This document shows positions 41,439-51,767 of a DNA stretch of 64,000 bases, in pieces (the stretch's first letter is position 1; each line of letters begins with the position of its first letter). The stretch comes from Patescibacteria group bacterium (lineage in GTDB: Bacteria > Patescibacteriota > Microgenomatia > Curtissbacterales > GWA2-41-24), in NCBI GenBank assembly GCA_038063735.1, contig JBBTUN010000006.1, forward strand, positions 8,485-72,484, read 5' to 3'. The notes beneath the pieces were generated by a model that searched no databases, was not told the origin of the DNA, and saw nothing but the letters and a program-made list of their open reading frames with translations. Made by a program: the position numbers and the translations under genes.

Positions 41439-42817
41439 TATTCAATTAGTGAGGCAACTCTTGGGGCATCTTCGCGTTTGATTGCTGGTTTCTCTTTGGG
41501 CATTCTTTGTTTTTCCAAGCCATAAAACTTTACCCGCTCTGCTTTAAAGATCATATCAATTTCCCCCGTCGGTCCGTTTCGGTGTTTTTGAATATCCAAT
41601 TTTACATTTTCCCCATTTTCCTGGTCCGGCCTCCAGATAAACATTACAACGTCTGCATCCTGCTCAATAGCACCGCTTTCGCGGAGATCCGCAAGCTGCG
41701 GTTTTCTACTCCCCCGCTGCTCGACGGCACGGGAAAGCTGAGAGCAAGCAAGCACCGGAATTTTAAGTTCACGGGCTAAATTTTTTAGACTTTGTGATAT
41801 CTCACTTACCTCCTGCACCCTGTTTTCCAAATTCCGTCCATGTACAAGCTGTAAATAGTCAACAATCAGCAAAGACAGACCGTGTTCTGCCTGCAGGCGC
41901 CTAGCCTTTGTTCTCATTTCCATTATATTAATTGCCGGCGTATCATCAATAAAAAGTGGTGCGTCAGCCAAAACCCCCATTGCTTCCTGCAAACGGTCAA
42001 AATCATTATCATCAAGCTTGCCGGTTTTCAATTTCCAGGCGTCGACTTCACTTTGAGCAACCAACAATCTGTCTACAAGTTCCTCTTTGCTCATCTCCAG
42101 GGAAAACATGCCCACAGGCAAACCCTCTTTTACGGCAACGTGTGCAGCAATATTTAAGGTCAAACTTGTTTTTCCCTGACCGGGGCGGGATGCTAAAATT
42201 ATTAAGTTAGAATCCTGCATCCCTGCGAGCTTTCCGTCCAAATCCCAAAAACCGGTAGGAACCCCTCGTAAACCACCCGCTTTATGATGAAGTTCGTCAA
42301 GTCTGTCAAAACTCTCCGCTAGAGCATCTTTAAGAGTTATGAAGTTTTGCTTTAGTTGTTGCTGGGAAAGTGAAAAGACAGATTGTTCAACTTCATCAAG
42401 AAGCGTTCTGATGTCTCCAGTCTCTTCAAACGCATTTTGCGAGATCTTAATTCCGGTCGCAATTAACTGCCTCTTAACATATAAATCCCGGACTATCTGT
42501 GCATATTGAGTAATGTGCGATGATGTTGGAACTCCCGAAACAAGTTCCGACAGATAGGAAGTCCCACCCACTTTGTCCAGTTTTCCCCGTTTTTTAAGCT
42601 GGGCTGTTAAAGTTATTAAATCAACGGGATCTCGTTTTTCGTATAAATCGTAGATGGCGCCTATTATATCCGCATGCGCCTCTTTGTAAAAATGGTCGGG
42701 ACGAAGAAATTGGGCAACTGCCACAACAGAATCACTGTCCAGTAGAATTGCACCAATTATTGATTTTTCTGCAACAAGATCTTGGGGAGGGACACGCCCT
42801 TCATTTACTTTTGGCAT
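41438..42817 (-). CDS. dnaB: Replicative DNA helicase
   Basis: PPQDLVAE, ASRPGQGKTS, FSLEMS, IVDYLQL, SQLSR, DLRESGAIEQDAD, KHRNGPTG; no intein. Confidence 0.98.
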   Translation of the reverse strand: MPKVNEGRVPPQDLVAEKSIIGAILLDSDSVVAVAQFLRPDHFYKEAHADIIGAIYDLYEKRDPVDLITLTAQLKKRGKLDKVGGTSYLSELVSGVPTSSHITQYAQIVRDLYVKRQLIATGIKISQNAFEETGDIRTLLDEVEQSVFSLSQQQLKQNFITLKDALAESFDRLDELHHKAGGLRGVPTGFWDLDGKLAGMQDSNLIILASRPGQGKTSLTLNIAAHVAVKEGLPVGMFSLEMSKEELVDRLLVAQSEVDAWKLKTGKLDDNDFDRLQEAMGVLADAPLFIDDTPAINIMEMRTKARRLQAEHGLSLLIVDYLQLVHGRNLENRVQEVSEISQSLKNLARELKIPVLACSQLSRAVEQRGSRKPQLADLRESGAIEQDADVVMFIWRPDQENGENVKLDIQKHRNGPTGEIDMIFKAERVKFYGLEKQRMPKEKPAIKREDAPRVASLIE

Positions 42818-42838
42818 ATATATTTCTGCAGGCTGTTT

Positions 42839-43498
42839 TTACTGGTTCTGCTCAAATACAACAATTTCCAGCTCTTGTGGTATCCGATCATTTGAAACCG
42901 ACAACTTAGTAACTGTTTCAACTTTTTCTTTACCCATTGCCCTCAAGAAGTCATCAACCGGTGCCAACTCGAACTTTAAATTCTTAGTTTTGTAATGCAT
43001 CGGCACAACAATTTTTGGCTCAAGTTGTGCAATAATATCCGGCGCATCTTTAGCCTCTATTGTATAAACACCACCCACCGGAACCATAAGCACATCACAG
43101 CCGGAAAGCGCCTCAACCTGATTTTGGGTCAACTGTTTTTGTCCTAAATCTCCCAAATGAACGATATTAACGTCGTCTATTAAAATTTGATATATCGTGT
43201 TTTTCCCTCGTTCCTCACCATTTTTATTGTCATGGAAACTGTTTACACCAACTATATTCACCCCAGAAATTTCGTACTCTCCCGGCCCGGAAATCACAAA
43301 TGGTTGTACGTCTCCTGTTGCTTTAACACCTTGAGGATAATTATGGTCTTCGTGTGCGTGGGTAATACAAACCACATCAGCATCAAGCTTTGCCAGACCA
43401 AGACCGGTAAACTGGGGGCTATATGGGTCGATAACGAGGCTGGCGCCTTTACCTTTTATTTTAAAACATGCTTGTCCGTACCACCAAATATCTACCAT
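42839..43498 (-). CDS. Metallo-beta-lactamase-fold hydrolase
   Basis: WYGQACF, IDPY, THAHEDH, HLGDLG, VPMHY. Confidence 0.9.
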   Translation of the reverse strand: MVDIWWYGQACFKIKGKGASLVIDPYSPQFTGLGLAKLDADVVCITHAHEDHNYPQGVKATGDVQPFVISGPGEYEISGVNIVGVNSFHDNKNGEERGKNTIYQILIDDVNIVHLGDLGQKQLTQNQVEALSGCDVLMVPVGGVYTIEAKDAPDIIAQLEPKIVVPMHYKTKNLKFELAPVDDFLRAMGKEKVETVTKLSVSNDRIPQELEIVVFEQNQ

Positions 43499-43622
43499 AG
43501 ATTTAAAGAGCGCCAGTTATCATAACACAACTAAACCAGCGTCCGTCAATCCCAAATTCTGCCCCAGATGTCAATTGTAAACAAGGCGAAAAAATGATAT
43601 CGTTAAGAACTAGTTAACCCTA

Positions 43623-44555
43623 ATGCGCACTGTAATAAATCTTCTAATCACAGCAGCAATTATCCTAGCAACCGGTGCATTAATTTTCTGGCTTTGGCAA
43701 AGACAGCCAAAAGGTGTCGAACAAAAGCAGGAAAATAAGCCCCAAATAACCTTAGAAAATCCAAAAGAAGATAAAACCACAACTACTCTTTTAACATCTC
43801 CAAAAGATAATGATGTAGTCCTGGAAAATGTTGTTAAGTTTACAGGTAAGTCAAGCCAGGGAGACAAGATACTTATAATCTCCGATAGCACAACCGATGT
43901 TGCAGCAACTAACTCGGATGGCTCATTTTCACTGGAAGAAAAATTGTCAGACGGCTTAAACCTCATCAAAATAGTTGCGTTGGACAAAGACTTAAAAGAA
44001 ACAAAAAACCAAATCGTCAGCTTCTACTATCAAAAGGATACAAAGGTAAAAAACACTAAAGTTATAGCGGGTACTGTAAGTAAAATATTTGATAATTTAA
44101 TAACAGTAAGCGCTACAAGCGGCGACCAAAATGTGCGCACAAACACCCAAACAGTTAAATCTGCCCCAAAGCCTGCGGCCACCAAGTCTCCCACCCCACC
44201 ACCAAAATCCGGTAGCATGGATATCAGAGTCGGAGATTATGTGGTAGCCCTCGGTAATCCATCTTCAGCTAACGAACTCATAGCTTCGTCGGTCGAAATA
44301 ATTCGCGACAATAAGCCACAAATTACAACAAAATATGTAGCTATTACAGTTTCAAGTGTTGTAAAAAGCAAGATCTTCTCGGGTAACAATATCCAGGATA
44401 CAAAACTTGTTGAGTTTAAATTAGGTAAAACCAATATAATAGATACCGATAAAAAAGCGGACGAAAAGGCAATTGTCAAAAACAAAAAGGCTATAATTTT
44501 CTACACGACCCAAAACAACGAAAACATAGTTTCGCTTGTCTACATACTCCCCTAG
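43623..44555 (+). CDS. Membrane-anchored protein with Ig-like and OB-like beta domains
   Basis: N-terminal TM; DGSFS...LSDGLNLIKIVA Ig-like pattern; DIRVGDYVVALG. Confidence 0.6.
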   Translation: MRTVINLLITAAIILATGALIFWLWQRQPKGVEQKQENKPQITLENPKEDKTTTTLLTSPKDNDVVLENVVKFTGKSSQGDKILIISDSTTDVAATNSDGSFSLEEKLSDGLNLIKIVALDKDLKETKNQIVSFYYQKDTKVKNTKVIAGTVSKIFDNLITVSATSGDQNVRTNTQTVKSAPKPAATKSPTPPPKSGSMDIRVGDYVVALGNPSSANELIASSVEIIRDNKPQITTKYVAITVSSVVKSKIFSGNNIQDTKLVEFKLGKTNIIDTDKKADEKAIVKNKKAIIFYTTQNNENIVSLVYILP

Positions 44556-44571
44556 CCTGTATTATTAAGTT

Positions 44572-45492
44572 ATGCAGCAAGCACCGCCAACACCAAAAGG
44601 TTTCCGGGACATTCAACCCCCATACGCAAAAAAACGCCGGGAAATCATAAATATCATTGCACCAGTTTTGGAAGAAAACGGCTTTGTCCTACTGGAAACC
44701 CCAACTTTGGAATTTGCTTCTACCTTAACAGGCAAATACGGCGAGGAAGAAAAGCTGATTTATAAATTCAAAGACAGAGGAGATCGCGAACTCGCCCTTC
44801 GTTACGACTTGACTGTTCCTTTGGCCAGGTTTATTGCAAATAATCAAAACTTGCTCAAACCAACCTTCTCCAGATACCAAATTGGTCAGGTGTTTCGGGG
44901 CGAAAACCCCCAACACGGCAGATACCGCGAATTCACCCAATTCGACTTCGATACTGTCGGACCAAGTGGAGTCGAAGAAGATGCCAAAATAATTGCTTGC
45001 GCAATTGAATCAATAAGACCCCTCGGGCTCAAAAACGCAATAATGACCATTAATGACAGAGAAACTTTATCAATTTTTGTTGTCAACGAAATACGAATTA
45101 TCGACAAGCTGTACAAGGTTGGGATTGACGGTGTTGAGAAAGAGTTAGAAGAAAAACAAGTATCAAAAGAAAAAATTCAAAAAATCAAAAACTTCGTAAA
45201 AAACAAACCTAATCCCCCCGAAAAACTACAAAAAATCTTTGATGCTCTTAACAATAAATTCGGTCTAAAAGAAGACGCTGACTATTCCTTCGATCACACC
45301 TTAGCTCGCGGACTTGATTATTACACTGGTTCAATCTTTGAACTCAAACCAGATAATAATCCTACTTCACTGTCTATAGGCGCTGGCGGCAGATATGATA
45401 ATCTGGTTGGCATGTTTGCCGGAAAAGATATTCCCGCCGTTGGTTTCTCTTTTGGACTTGATCGTATTGTCGACTCACTACTCAATGACTAG
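44572..45492 (+). CDS. hisS: Histidyl-tRNA synthetase catalytic domain only
   Basis: PKGFRD, LRYDLTVPLAR, FRGENPQHGRYREFTQ, ARGLDYYTG, GGRYDNL, GFSFGLDRI, then stop. Confidence 0.85.
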   Translation: MQQAPPTPKGFRDIQPPYAKKRREIINIIAPVLEENGFVLLETPTLEFASTLTGKYGEEEKLIYKFKDRGDRELALRYDLTVPLARFIANNQNLLKPTFSRYQIGQVFRGENPQHGRYREFTQFDFDTVGPSGVEEDAKIIACAIESIRPLGLKNAIMTINDRETLSIFVVNEIRIIDKLYKVGIDGVEKELEEKQVSKEKIQKIKNFVKNKPNPPEKLQKIFDALNNKFGLKEDADYSFDHTLARGLDYYTGSIFELKPDNNPTSLSIGAGGRYDNLVGMFAGKDIPAVGFSFGLDRIVDSLLND

Positions 45493-46390
45493 AATCAACC
45501 CTGCTTTTCTCTATCTGATAATCGCCGCAATTCTCTGGGGTGCCGTCGTACCAATAATGAAAATAACTCTAGAAGAAATTCCCATTTTTTCCCTAATATT
45601 TTTACGTATGGGCTTTGCATCTATTCTTCTTTTTCCTCTAGTTTATAAAAAATTAAGAATAGAAAAAACAGACTGGAAAAATACTTTTCTTGCCTCATTT
45701 TTTGGAACTAACTTAAACCTCGCATTTTTCTTTTTTGGACTGGAGCATACGCAGGCCATCAACGCATCCGTAATCCTTGCAACCGCTCCCGTTTTTACAC
45801 TGGCCATCGCCCACTACATTCTAAAGGAAAAGTTTTCAACTAAACTTGTTTTAGGATCCCTACTCTCATTGGTTGGTACCGTAATTATCGTAGGCATTCC
45901 GGCATTTCATCTTAGTTTGTTGTCAACGCTTGGCAACATATCTTTAGTCGCTTCTTCCCTTGCTTGGGTTGGCCACGAAATTTACGCCAAAAAAATCCTT
46001 AAAAAATACGATCCTCTTGTGGTCTCTTTTTACACTATGGCAATAGGCGCAGTTGTCTTCTCACCCATTGCAACGTCAGAACTTTTTACAAACTCCCTCT
46101 GGTTCACACATGTAAGCATAAGCGGCTTTTTGGGCCTTTTGTACGGAATAATATTCGCGTCCTTCATTTCTTACACCCTGTGGCAAAAAGGTTTGGCAGT
46201 GCTTCCCGCCGGAGAGGCTTCATTTGTCTTTTACCTCCTACCGCTATTTGGAATAATTTTCTCAATCATTCTCCTCCACGAAAAATTCAATCCAATCTTA
46301 ATAGTTGGTTCTCTTATAATCGTAGCCGGCATAATCCTAGCCGAATTTCACCGCAAAACTCATCCACTACCCAAACACCTTCAGGGCTAA
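45485..46390 (+). CDS. DMT/EamA-family transporter
   Basis: 10-TM pattern, AILWG, FFFGLEHT, LKEKF, LHEKF; ATG overlaps the hisS end. Confidence 0.9.
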   Translation: MTRINPAFLYLIIAAILWGAVVPIMKITLEEIPIFSLIFLRMGFASILLFPLVYKKLRIEKTDWKNTFLASFFGTNLNLAFFFFGLEHTQAINASVILATAPVFTLAIAHYILKEKFSTKLVLGSLLSLVGTVIIVGIPAFHLSLLSTLGNISLVASSLAWVGHEIYAKKILKKYDPLVVSFYTMAIGAVVFSPIATSELFTNSLWFTHVSISGFLGLLYGIIFASFISYTLWQKGLAVLPAGEASFVFYLLPLFGIIFSIILLHEKFNPILIVGSLIIVAGIILAEFHRKTHPLPKHLQG

Positions 46391-46519
46391 TTGCCTAAAA
46401 CCTTCTTTTTTGTTAAAATGACTAGCTATATCAGCAGTTCAACTTGAAGCTTCACTTCAATGTTTTTCTCTGATATTTTCAAATAAATATTTATAAAAAA
46501 TTAAAGAGCAAATTTTAAA

Positions 46520-46831
46520 ATGAAACAAGGCATCCATCCACAATACTTTCAGGACACAAAGGTAACATGTGTTTGTGGTAATACGTTTACAACAGGGGCA
46601 ACCGTCCCGGAAATTCGCGTGGAGATTTGCTACAGCTGCCACCCGTTTTATACCGGCGAAATGAAGTATGTAGACACACTTGGTAACGTAGAAAAGTTCC
46701 AACAAAAGCAGAAAAAAGCCGAAACTCACAAGGAAACTATTGTTAAAAAAGTGCAGGAAAAACAAGAAAGAAAAAGGCCGGAATCCTTAAAAGACATGTT
46801 CGACCTCGTCAAAAAACAAGCCTCTTCGTAG
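46520..46831 (+). CDS. rpmE: 50S ribosomal protein L31 (Zn-binding type, extended C-terminus)
   Basis: [26 protein letters not shown]. Confidence 0.96.
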   Translation: MKQGIHPQYFQDTKVTCVCGNTFTTGATVPEIRVEICYSCHPFYTGEMKYVDTLGNVEKFQQKQKKAETHKETIVKKVQEKQERKRPESLKDMFDLVKKQASS

Positions 46832-46935
46832 CTTCGCTAAATTTTAAAATTCTTAATTTTCAATTTTAATTGAAATCTTAATGTTTAAACATTTAAAATT
46901 AACTAATTGACTTAAAATTAAAAACTTAAAATTAT

Positions 46936-47850
46936 ATGAGTGATTACTTAAAACAACAAATTGCAAATCTGGAAGCAAAAATAGAAGAGGCTAAAAAATT
47001 AGCGTCACTAGATTCTTCTATGGCAGAGCTCGCGCAAGAAGAAATTTCCAAACTGGAAGAAGAGAAGACTTCCCTTGATAAGGCACTATCCGGTGAAAAA
47101 CCGCAAACTACTGATATTTCCGGCAATTCCATAATCCTGGAAATAAGAGCAGCAGCCGGCGGAGACGAGGCAGGTCTTTTTGCTTCCGACCTATACAGAA
47201 TGTATACAAAATATGCAACCAACCAAGGTTGGAAAATCGAAGAACTGGACAAAAACGGGGGGGGTATCGGCAACATCAAGGAAGTCACCGTAAAATTTTC
47301 CGGCAAACATATATACGACAAACTAAAGTGGGAATCCGGCGTCCATCGGGTCCAAAGGGTCCCCGAGACAGAATCCGCCGGACGTATCCACACCTCCACA
47401 GCAACAGTTGCAGTATTACCGGAAGTTGCGCCAACACAGATAGAAATTAATCCGCAGGACATAGATTTCGAAGCATTTCGTGCAGGTGGACACGGCGGTC
47501 AAAATGTTAATAAGGTTTCCACAGCAGTAAGGATTAAACATATTCCAACGGGAATTATCGTCAAAGCCCAAACCGAGAGGTCACAATCTCAAAACAGAGA
47601 AATAGCTATGGAAATCTTGCGCGCCCGCCTGTATCAGCTGGAAGAAGAAAAAAACCAATCGCGAGTTTCAGGAGAGAGATCTATTCAATTAGGAACCGGC
47701 GACAGAAGCGAAAAAATCCGTACTTACAACTTCCCGCAAAATCGTCTTACAGATCACAGAATAAATAAATCGTGGCATAATTTGGAAATGGTTATGGAAG
47801 GAAGATTGGACGATATCCTCGCATCTCTTCACGGGGCCGCAAACACCTAA
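46936..47850 (+). CDS. prfA: Peptide chain release factor 1 with a short N-terminal domain
   Basis: [25 protein letters not shown] (PxT motif), [18 protein letters not shown]. Confidence 0.95.
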   Translation: MSDYLKQQIANLEAKIEEAKKLASLDSSMAELAQEEISKLEEEKTSLDKALSGEKPQTTDISGNSIILEIRAAAGGDEAGLFASDLYRMYTKYATNQGWKIEELDKNGGGIGNIKEVTVKFSGKHIYDKLKWESGVHRVQRVPETESAGRIHTSTATVAVLPEVAPTQIEINPQDIDFEAFRAGGHGGQNVNKVSTAVRIKHIPTGIIVKAQTERSQSQNREIAMEILRARLYQLEEEKNQSRVSGERSIQLGTGDRSEKIRTYNFPQNRLTDHRINKSWHNLEMVMEGRLDDILASLHGAANT

Positions 47851-47864
47851 ACCCTAAAATAATC

Positions 47865-49010
47865 CTACTGGTTCGGTGCCTCGCCCAAGTTCAAGGTCAA
47901 ATCCAGTGTCCTCTCATCACGAAACACCCTAACCCCCACACTGTCGTCCACTTTTTTAGATCTTATTATGGCAGTTAGCGTATTATCATCCTCAAGTTTT
48001 TTGCCATCGAATTCGACGATTATGTCGCTAACCTTAATGCCCGCCTTTTCCGCAGCGCTACCGCCAACAACTTCCCGCACCAATTCCCCCTGCGGTACAT
48101 TGTTAAGAAGAGCAACATCGCGGGATATATGAGTGTACCTTACACCTAAAAATGGCCTGGAAATTTTCCCACCGCTATTTTGAAAATCGCCTAACAACTG
48201 TTTGGCAACGTTAATTTTAAGCGCAAATCCGATATTTTCGGCAGACGCAACAGCAGTATCGATACCAATTACCTGCCCGGAAGTGTTAACCAACGGGCCA
48301 CCAGAATTTCCCGGGTTAATAGCCGCATCGGTTTGAATAAGATCATCTAGTTTCTCCGCAGCACCGGTTGATGGGTCAAGCGGCGAAACCCCTCGCGACA
48401 GACCGGAAACAACACCTGTTGTTACAGTATTTTCAAACCTGCCAAGCGCGTTACCAATTGCAATCACTTTTTGACCCACCTTTAGATGATCGGAATCTCC
48501 AAGTTCAACCGGCACTAAATCGCCAGCATCAACCTTAACGATTGCCAAGTCATTAAACGGATCACGGTTAATTTCTTTTATCTGGTACTTTTTCTCCGTC
48601 CCGTCATTGGCCTTTATTATTGCAATATATTTCTGACCCTCCTGGGAAACAACGTGTTTGTTCGTCATTATTAGGCCATCCTTAGAAATGACGAATCCTG
48701 TACCAATGCCGGCATCCTGCCCTTTTTGGGCAATACCAAATAAGTTAATTGATTGCTGATTTTCAACCGCAATAGAAACAACAGAAGGAGAAACTTTGGC
48801 AACAACATCAATTACCACCGATTCTTCATCAACTACGCGCTGATTTTCTAAGGTTTTTGTAACAGAAGATAAACTCGGGGCAATTTTTCCGGAATATTTA
48901 AGTACCACAAACAAGCTCAAAAACCAAAGGGCGGCAATAATTAAAACTAAGGGAATAATACCGACAGAAAACCACCTAAATTTATTTTTTATGTTTGGTA
49001 AACCAGTCAT
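47865..49010 (-). CDS. HtrA/DegP-family serine protease with one PDZ domain
   Basis: TNKHVV, DLAIVKV, QTDAAINPGNSGGPL, N-terminal TM. Confidence 0.93.
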   Translation of the reverse strand: MTGLPNIKNKFRWFSVGIIPLVLIIAALWFLSLFVVLKYSGKIAPSLSSVTKTLENQRVVDEESVVIDVVAKVSPSVVSIAVENQQSINLFGIAQKGQDAGIGTGFVISKDGLIMTNKHVVSQEGQKYIAIIKANDGTEKKYQIKEINRDPFNDLAIVKVDAGDLVPVELGDSDHLKVGQKVIAIGNALGRFENTVTTGVVSGLSRGVSPLDPSTGAAEKLDDLIQTDAAINPGNSGGPLVNTSGQVIGIDTAVASAENIGFALKINVAKQLLGDFQNSGGKISRPFLGVRYTHISRDVALLNNVPQGELVREVVGGSAAEKAGIKVSDIIVEFDGKKLEDDNTLTAIIRSKKVDDSVGVRVFRDERTLDLTLNLGEAPNQ

Positions 49011-49080
49011 ATCTGCTTGCAATTATACACTCTAATTTAAAGATTTTAGCTGAAAAACTACTGAAGATAACAACAAGTTT

Positions 49081-50403
49081 TTAAATAATCTCCAGCGCCT
49101 TCTCAAGCTGTGAATCCTTATTCTGTTCCTTTTCGTTATCAGCCCGCTCCACAATAATATCCGGTGTTATCCCAACGTGATGAATCGAATTACCTTTCGG
49201 GGTGAGCCACCTGGCAATTGTAATATGAAGACCCGATCCGCCAGGTAATTCAATAACATCCTGAACTGTACCCTTACCAAAAGTCTTTTCTCCTACTAAT
49301 TTTGCCCGCTTATTATCCTGCATTGCCCCGGAAAATATTTCGGCAGCAGATGCTGACCCGCCGTTAACCAAAACAACCATTGGCATCTTTAAAAGTCTGC
49401 CAGCGTGATCTGCAGGCAATGAATTTTTAGAACCGTCAGAAAATTCTTGCTGAACAACTGTGCCCCTTATAAATTCCCCTGCCAAGTGTAAAGACGACGA
49501 CAGCAAACCCCCTGGATTATTTCTCATATCAACTATTACTCCACTTACACCTCTAGTTAGAACTTCACCTACCGCTTTGTCCCACTCTTCATCAGTTTTC
49601 TCACCAAACCTGGACACTTCAATTACGGCAACCTGTTTTCCCTTATTTTCTTTATTCGCAGAAAAGCTCTGCCTATAATCCACATTCACCGTTTTAACAT
49701 CTATTTTTGCCCGTGTTAATGTTTTGTCATAAGGCTTGTCAGCTCCTTCTCTCAAAAATTGCATTTTTATATTGGTTCCGGCCTGCCCTCGGATCAAGTC
49801 AACCGCCTCTGGCAACGTCATATCAAATGTGTCTTTGTCATCAATTTTAAGTATTAAATCTTTCGCCTGTATTCCTTCTTTTTCTGCTGGTGTTCCCCGA
49901 AGCGGCGCAATAACTGCAAGCCTCTTATCTTTGTCAAAACCAAGCTGAATACCAATTCCCTCATAGCTTCCTGCAATTTCACTTCTAATCGATTCGTTTT
50001 GCTTAGGGTCCAAAAACGCGGTATACGGGTCACCTAAGGACCTAACCATTCCGGAAATTGCACCATAAAGCATCTTCTGTCCATCTACAGAATCTTTGTC
50101 TAGGTACTTCTTTGGTAAGGTGTCAAAAACATTCCAGAAAAGAGAGAAATCAACATTTTGATTTTTAGAAAGCTGGTTAGTAACTGTAATATTAGGTATT
50201 ACCGAACCGCGCTGGACAGAAATCTTTTTCTGGCCAACCACAAAGCCAATACCGAAAAACAGTACGGCAACAATCAAAAACTGAGCTATGAAATTAATAA
50301 GTGGTGAAGTTTTTGGTGTATTTACAACAGGTGGTTCCTCTTCACTTCTGTCTATCTGTACCTCTTGTACTTCTTCTTTGGATGCAGGCTCGTGTTTTGG
50401 CAT
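49081..50403 (-). CDS. ctpA: S41 C-terminal processing peptidase
   Basis: LGDPYT, PDZ, DMRNNPGG, SASAAEI, TFGKGTVQ, GITPDI. Confidence 0.93.
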   Translation of the reverse strand: MPKHEPASKEEVQEVQIDRSEEEPPVVNTPKTSPLINFIAQFLIVAVLFFGIGFVVGQKKISVQRGSVIPNITVTNQLSKNQNVDFSLFWNVFDTLPKKYLDKDSVDGQKMLYGAISGMVRSLGDPYTAFLDPKQNESIRSEIAGSYEGIGIQLGFDKDKRLAVIAPLRGTPAEKEGIQAKDLILKIDDKDTFDMTLPEAVDLIRGQAGTNIKMQFLREGADKPYDKTLTRAKIDVKTVNVDYRQSFSANKENKGKQVAVIEVSRFGEKTDEEWDKAVGEVLTRGVSGVIVDMRNNPGGLLSSSLHLAGEFIRGTVVQQEFSDGSKNSLPADHAGRLLKMPMVVLVNGGSASAAEIFSGAMQDNKRAKLVGEKTFGKGTVQDVIELPGGSGLHITIARWLTPKGNSIHHVGITPDIIVERADNEKEQNKDSQLEKALEII

Positions 50404-50409
50404 AAGATA

Positions 50410-50637
50410 CTAGTTCGCAACAAAGGACATAAGAGCAACGTATCTTGCCCTTTTAACGCTTTTTGTCAGTTGCCTTTGGTGTGTAGCGCAAACTCCTGTT
50501 CTCGCTCTTCCCATTATTTTGCCGCGCTCCGAAACGTGTTTTTTTAGCGTTGCTACATCCTTGTAATCTACAACCGTGTCTGTCACGCATAACGGACATC
50601 TTTTAGCCCTTTGTAATCTTTTAATAAACTTAGGCAT
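50410..50637 (-). CDS. rpsR: 30S ribosomal protein S18
   Basis: [30 protein letters not shown]. Confidence 0.95.
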   Translation of the reverse strand: MPKFIKRLQRAKRCPLCVTDTVVDYKDVATLKKHVSERGKIMGRARTGVCATHQRQLTKSVKRARYVALMSFVAN

Positions 50638-50699
50638 ATTATTCTTTAATTATCATTTCCCTTTGATACCTCTGATACTTTTGACTCGTTTGACGCCTT

Positions 50700-51239
50700 T
50701 CAGAACGGTAAATCCTCCAAATCTACATTATCAAGATCGTCATCACTTTTTTCATCTTTTTTATCCGGTTTTATTTCCTTGGCAGCACTTTTCTTCTCTT
50801 CTTTCTTCGACTTATCCTCAGCTACAACAGCTTCAGCAGCAACTGGGGTTTCATCGCTATGAATTAGCGTATCCTCACCAGCTGCACCTTCAAAATCTCG
50901 CTTGGAATCCAATATTCTCATGTCGTCTATAACAACTTCTGTAGTTTGCTTACTCTGCCCGTCCGGCGTTTCCCAACTTCTGGTTTGCAATCGTCCCTCT
51001 ACATAAACTTTTCTGCCTTTGGCAAGAAGTTGGGAACAAAGTTCTGCAAGCTTGTTCCAGGAAACAATTTTTACAAACTCTGTTTCTTCTTTCTTCTCAC
51101 CGTCCGAAGCAGTGTAGTACCTATTCGTAGCAATTCCAAACGTACAAACAGCCGCACCACTAGGTGTATAACGCAACTCCGGATCCCGCGTTAAATTCCC
51201 AATCAACATTACTTTGTTTAGTGAGGCTCTAGAACCCAT
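50700..51239 (-). CDS. ssb: Single-stranded DNA-binding protein
   Basis: LNKVMLIGNLTRDPELRYT, EGRLQTRSW, C-terminal DLPF. Confidence 0.97.
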   Translation of the reverse strand: MGSRASLNKVMLIGNLTRDPELRYTPSGAAVCTFGIATNRYYTASDGEKKEETEFVKIVSWNKLAELCSQLLAKGRKVYVEGRLQTRSWETPDGQSKQTTEVVIDDMRILDSKRDFEGAAGEDTLIHSDETPVAAEAVVAEDKSKKEEKKSAAKEIKPDKKDEKSDDDLDNVDLEDLPF

Positions 51240-51242
51240 ATA

Positions 51243-51704
51243 TTATTTCCTCTTATTTACGACTTTCTTTATTCTTTTCACTTTTTCAACTTTAGTCGTT
51301 GGTCGCTTGTCTATAGTCGTCTTTGATTCCTTTGTAACCTTTTTCGTCACTACCGTCACTTTAGGTCTAACTTTTTCTTCTTTTACTATAACATCTTCTT
51401 TTTTCGCAGCAAACTTTTTCTTGCTTGGCTTTCTAATTTTTTGTACGGTTAAAAGATATCTTAGTAAGTTTTCCTGTTCAAGTCTAAGCACACTGGTTAA
51501 ATTGGCAATTGCCGAGCCTTCCACATTAAACAAAAAAACTGTAAAGTCTGCTTCAGTCTGTTTCTTAATCGGATATGCCAGCAGTTTTTTCCCTAGGTTG
51601 TCAACTTTGAGGTCGGTCGCATTCGCATTCTTTAGAGCCTTTTCCACCTCGGCAATAAAGTCTGCACTACCACTTGTTTTTGTAACCAGCATTAGTTCGT
51701 ACAT
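51243..51704 (-). CDS. rpsF: 30S ribosomal protein S6 with a Lys-rich tail
   Basis: MYELML, LGKKLLAYPIKK, LLRYL; rpsF-ssb-rpsR order. Confidence 0.9.
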   Translation of the reverse strand: MYELMLVTKTSGSADFIAEVEKALKNANATDLKVDNLGKKLLAYPIKKQTEADFTVFLFNVEGSAIANLTSVLRLEQENLLRYLLTVQKIRKPSKKKFAAKKEDVIVKEEKVRPKVTVVTKKVTKESKTTIDKRPTTKVEKVKRIKKVVNKRK

Positions 51705-51767
51705 AGCTTGTGATTTTATCAAAATACCCACTCAAATAGCAATCGTTATCAAATCTGCAACAGAGAA

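Noticed and set aside
41438-42817. Inteins or introns in dnaB (also gyrA and gyrB)
   Set aside because: Normal lengths and contiguous motifs
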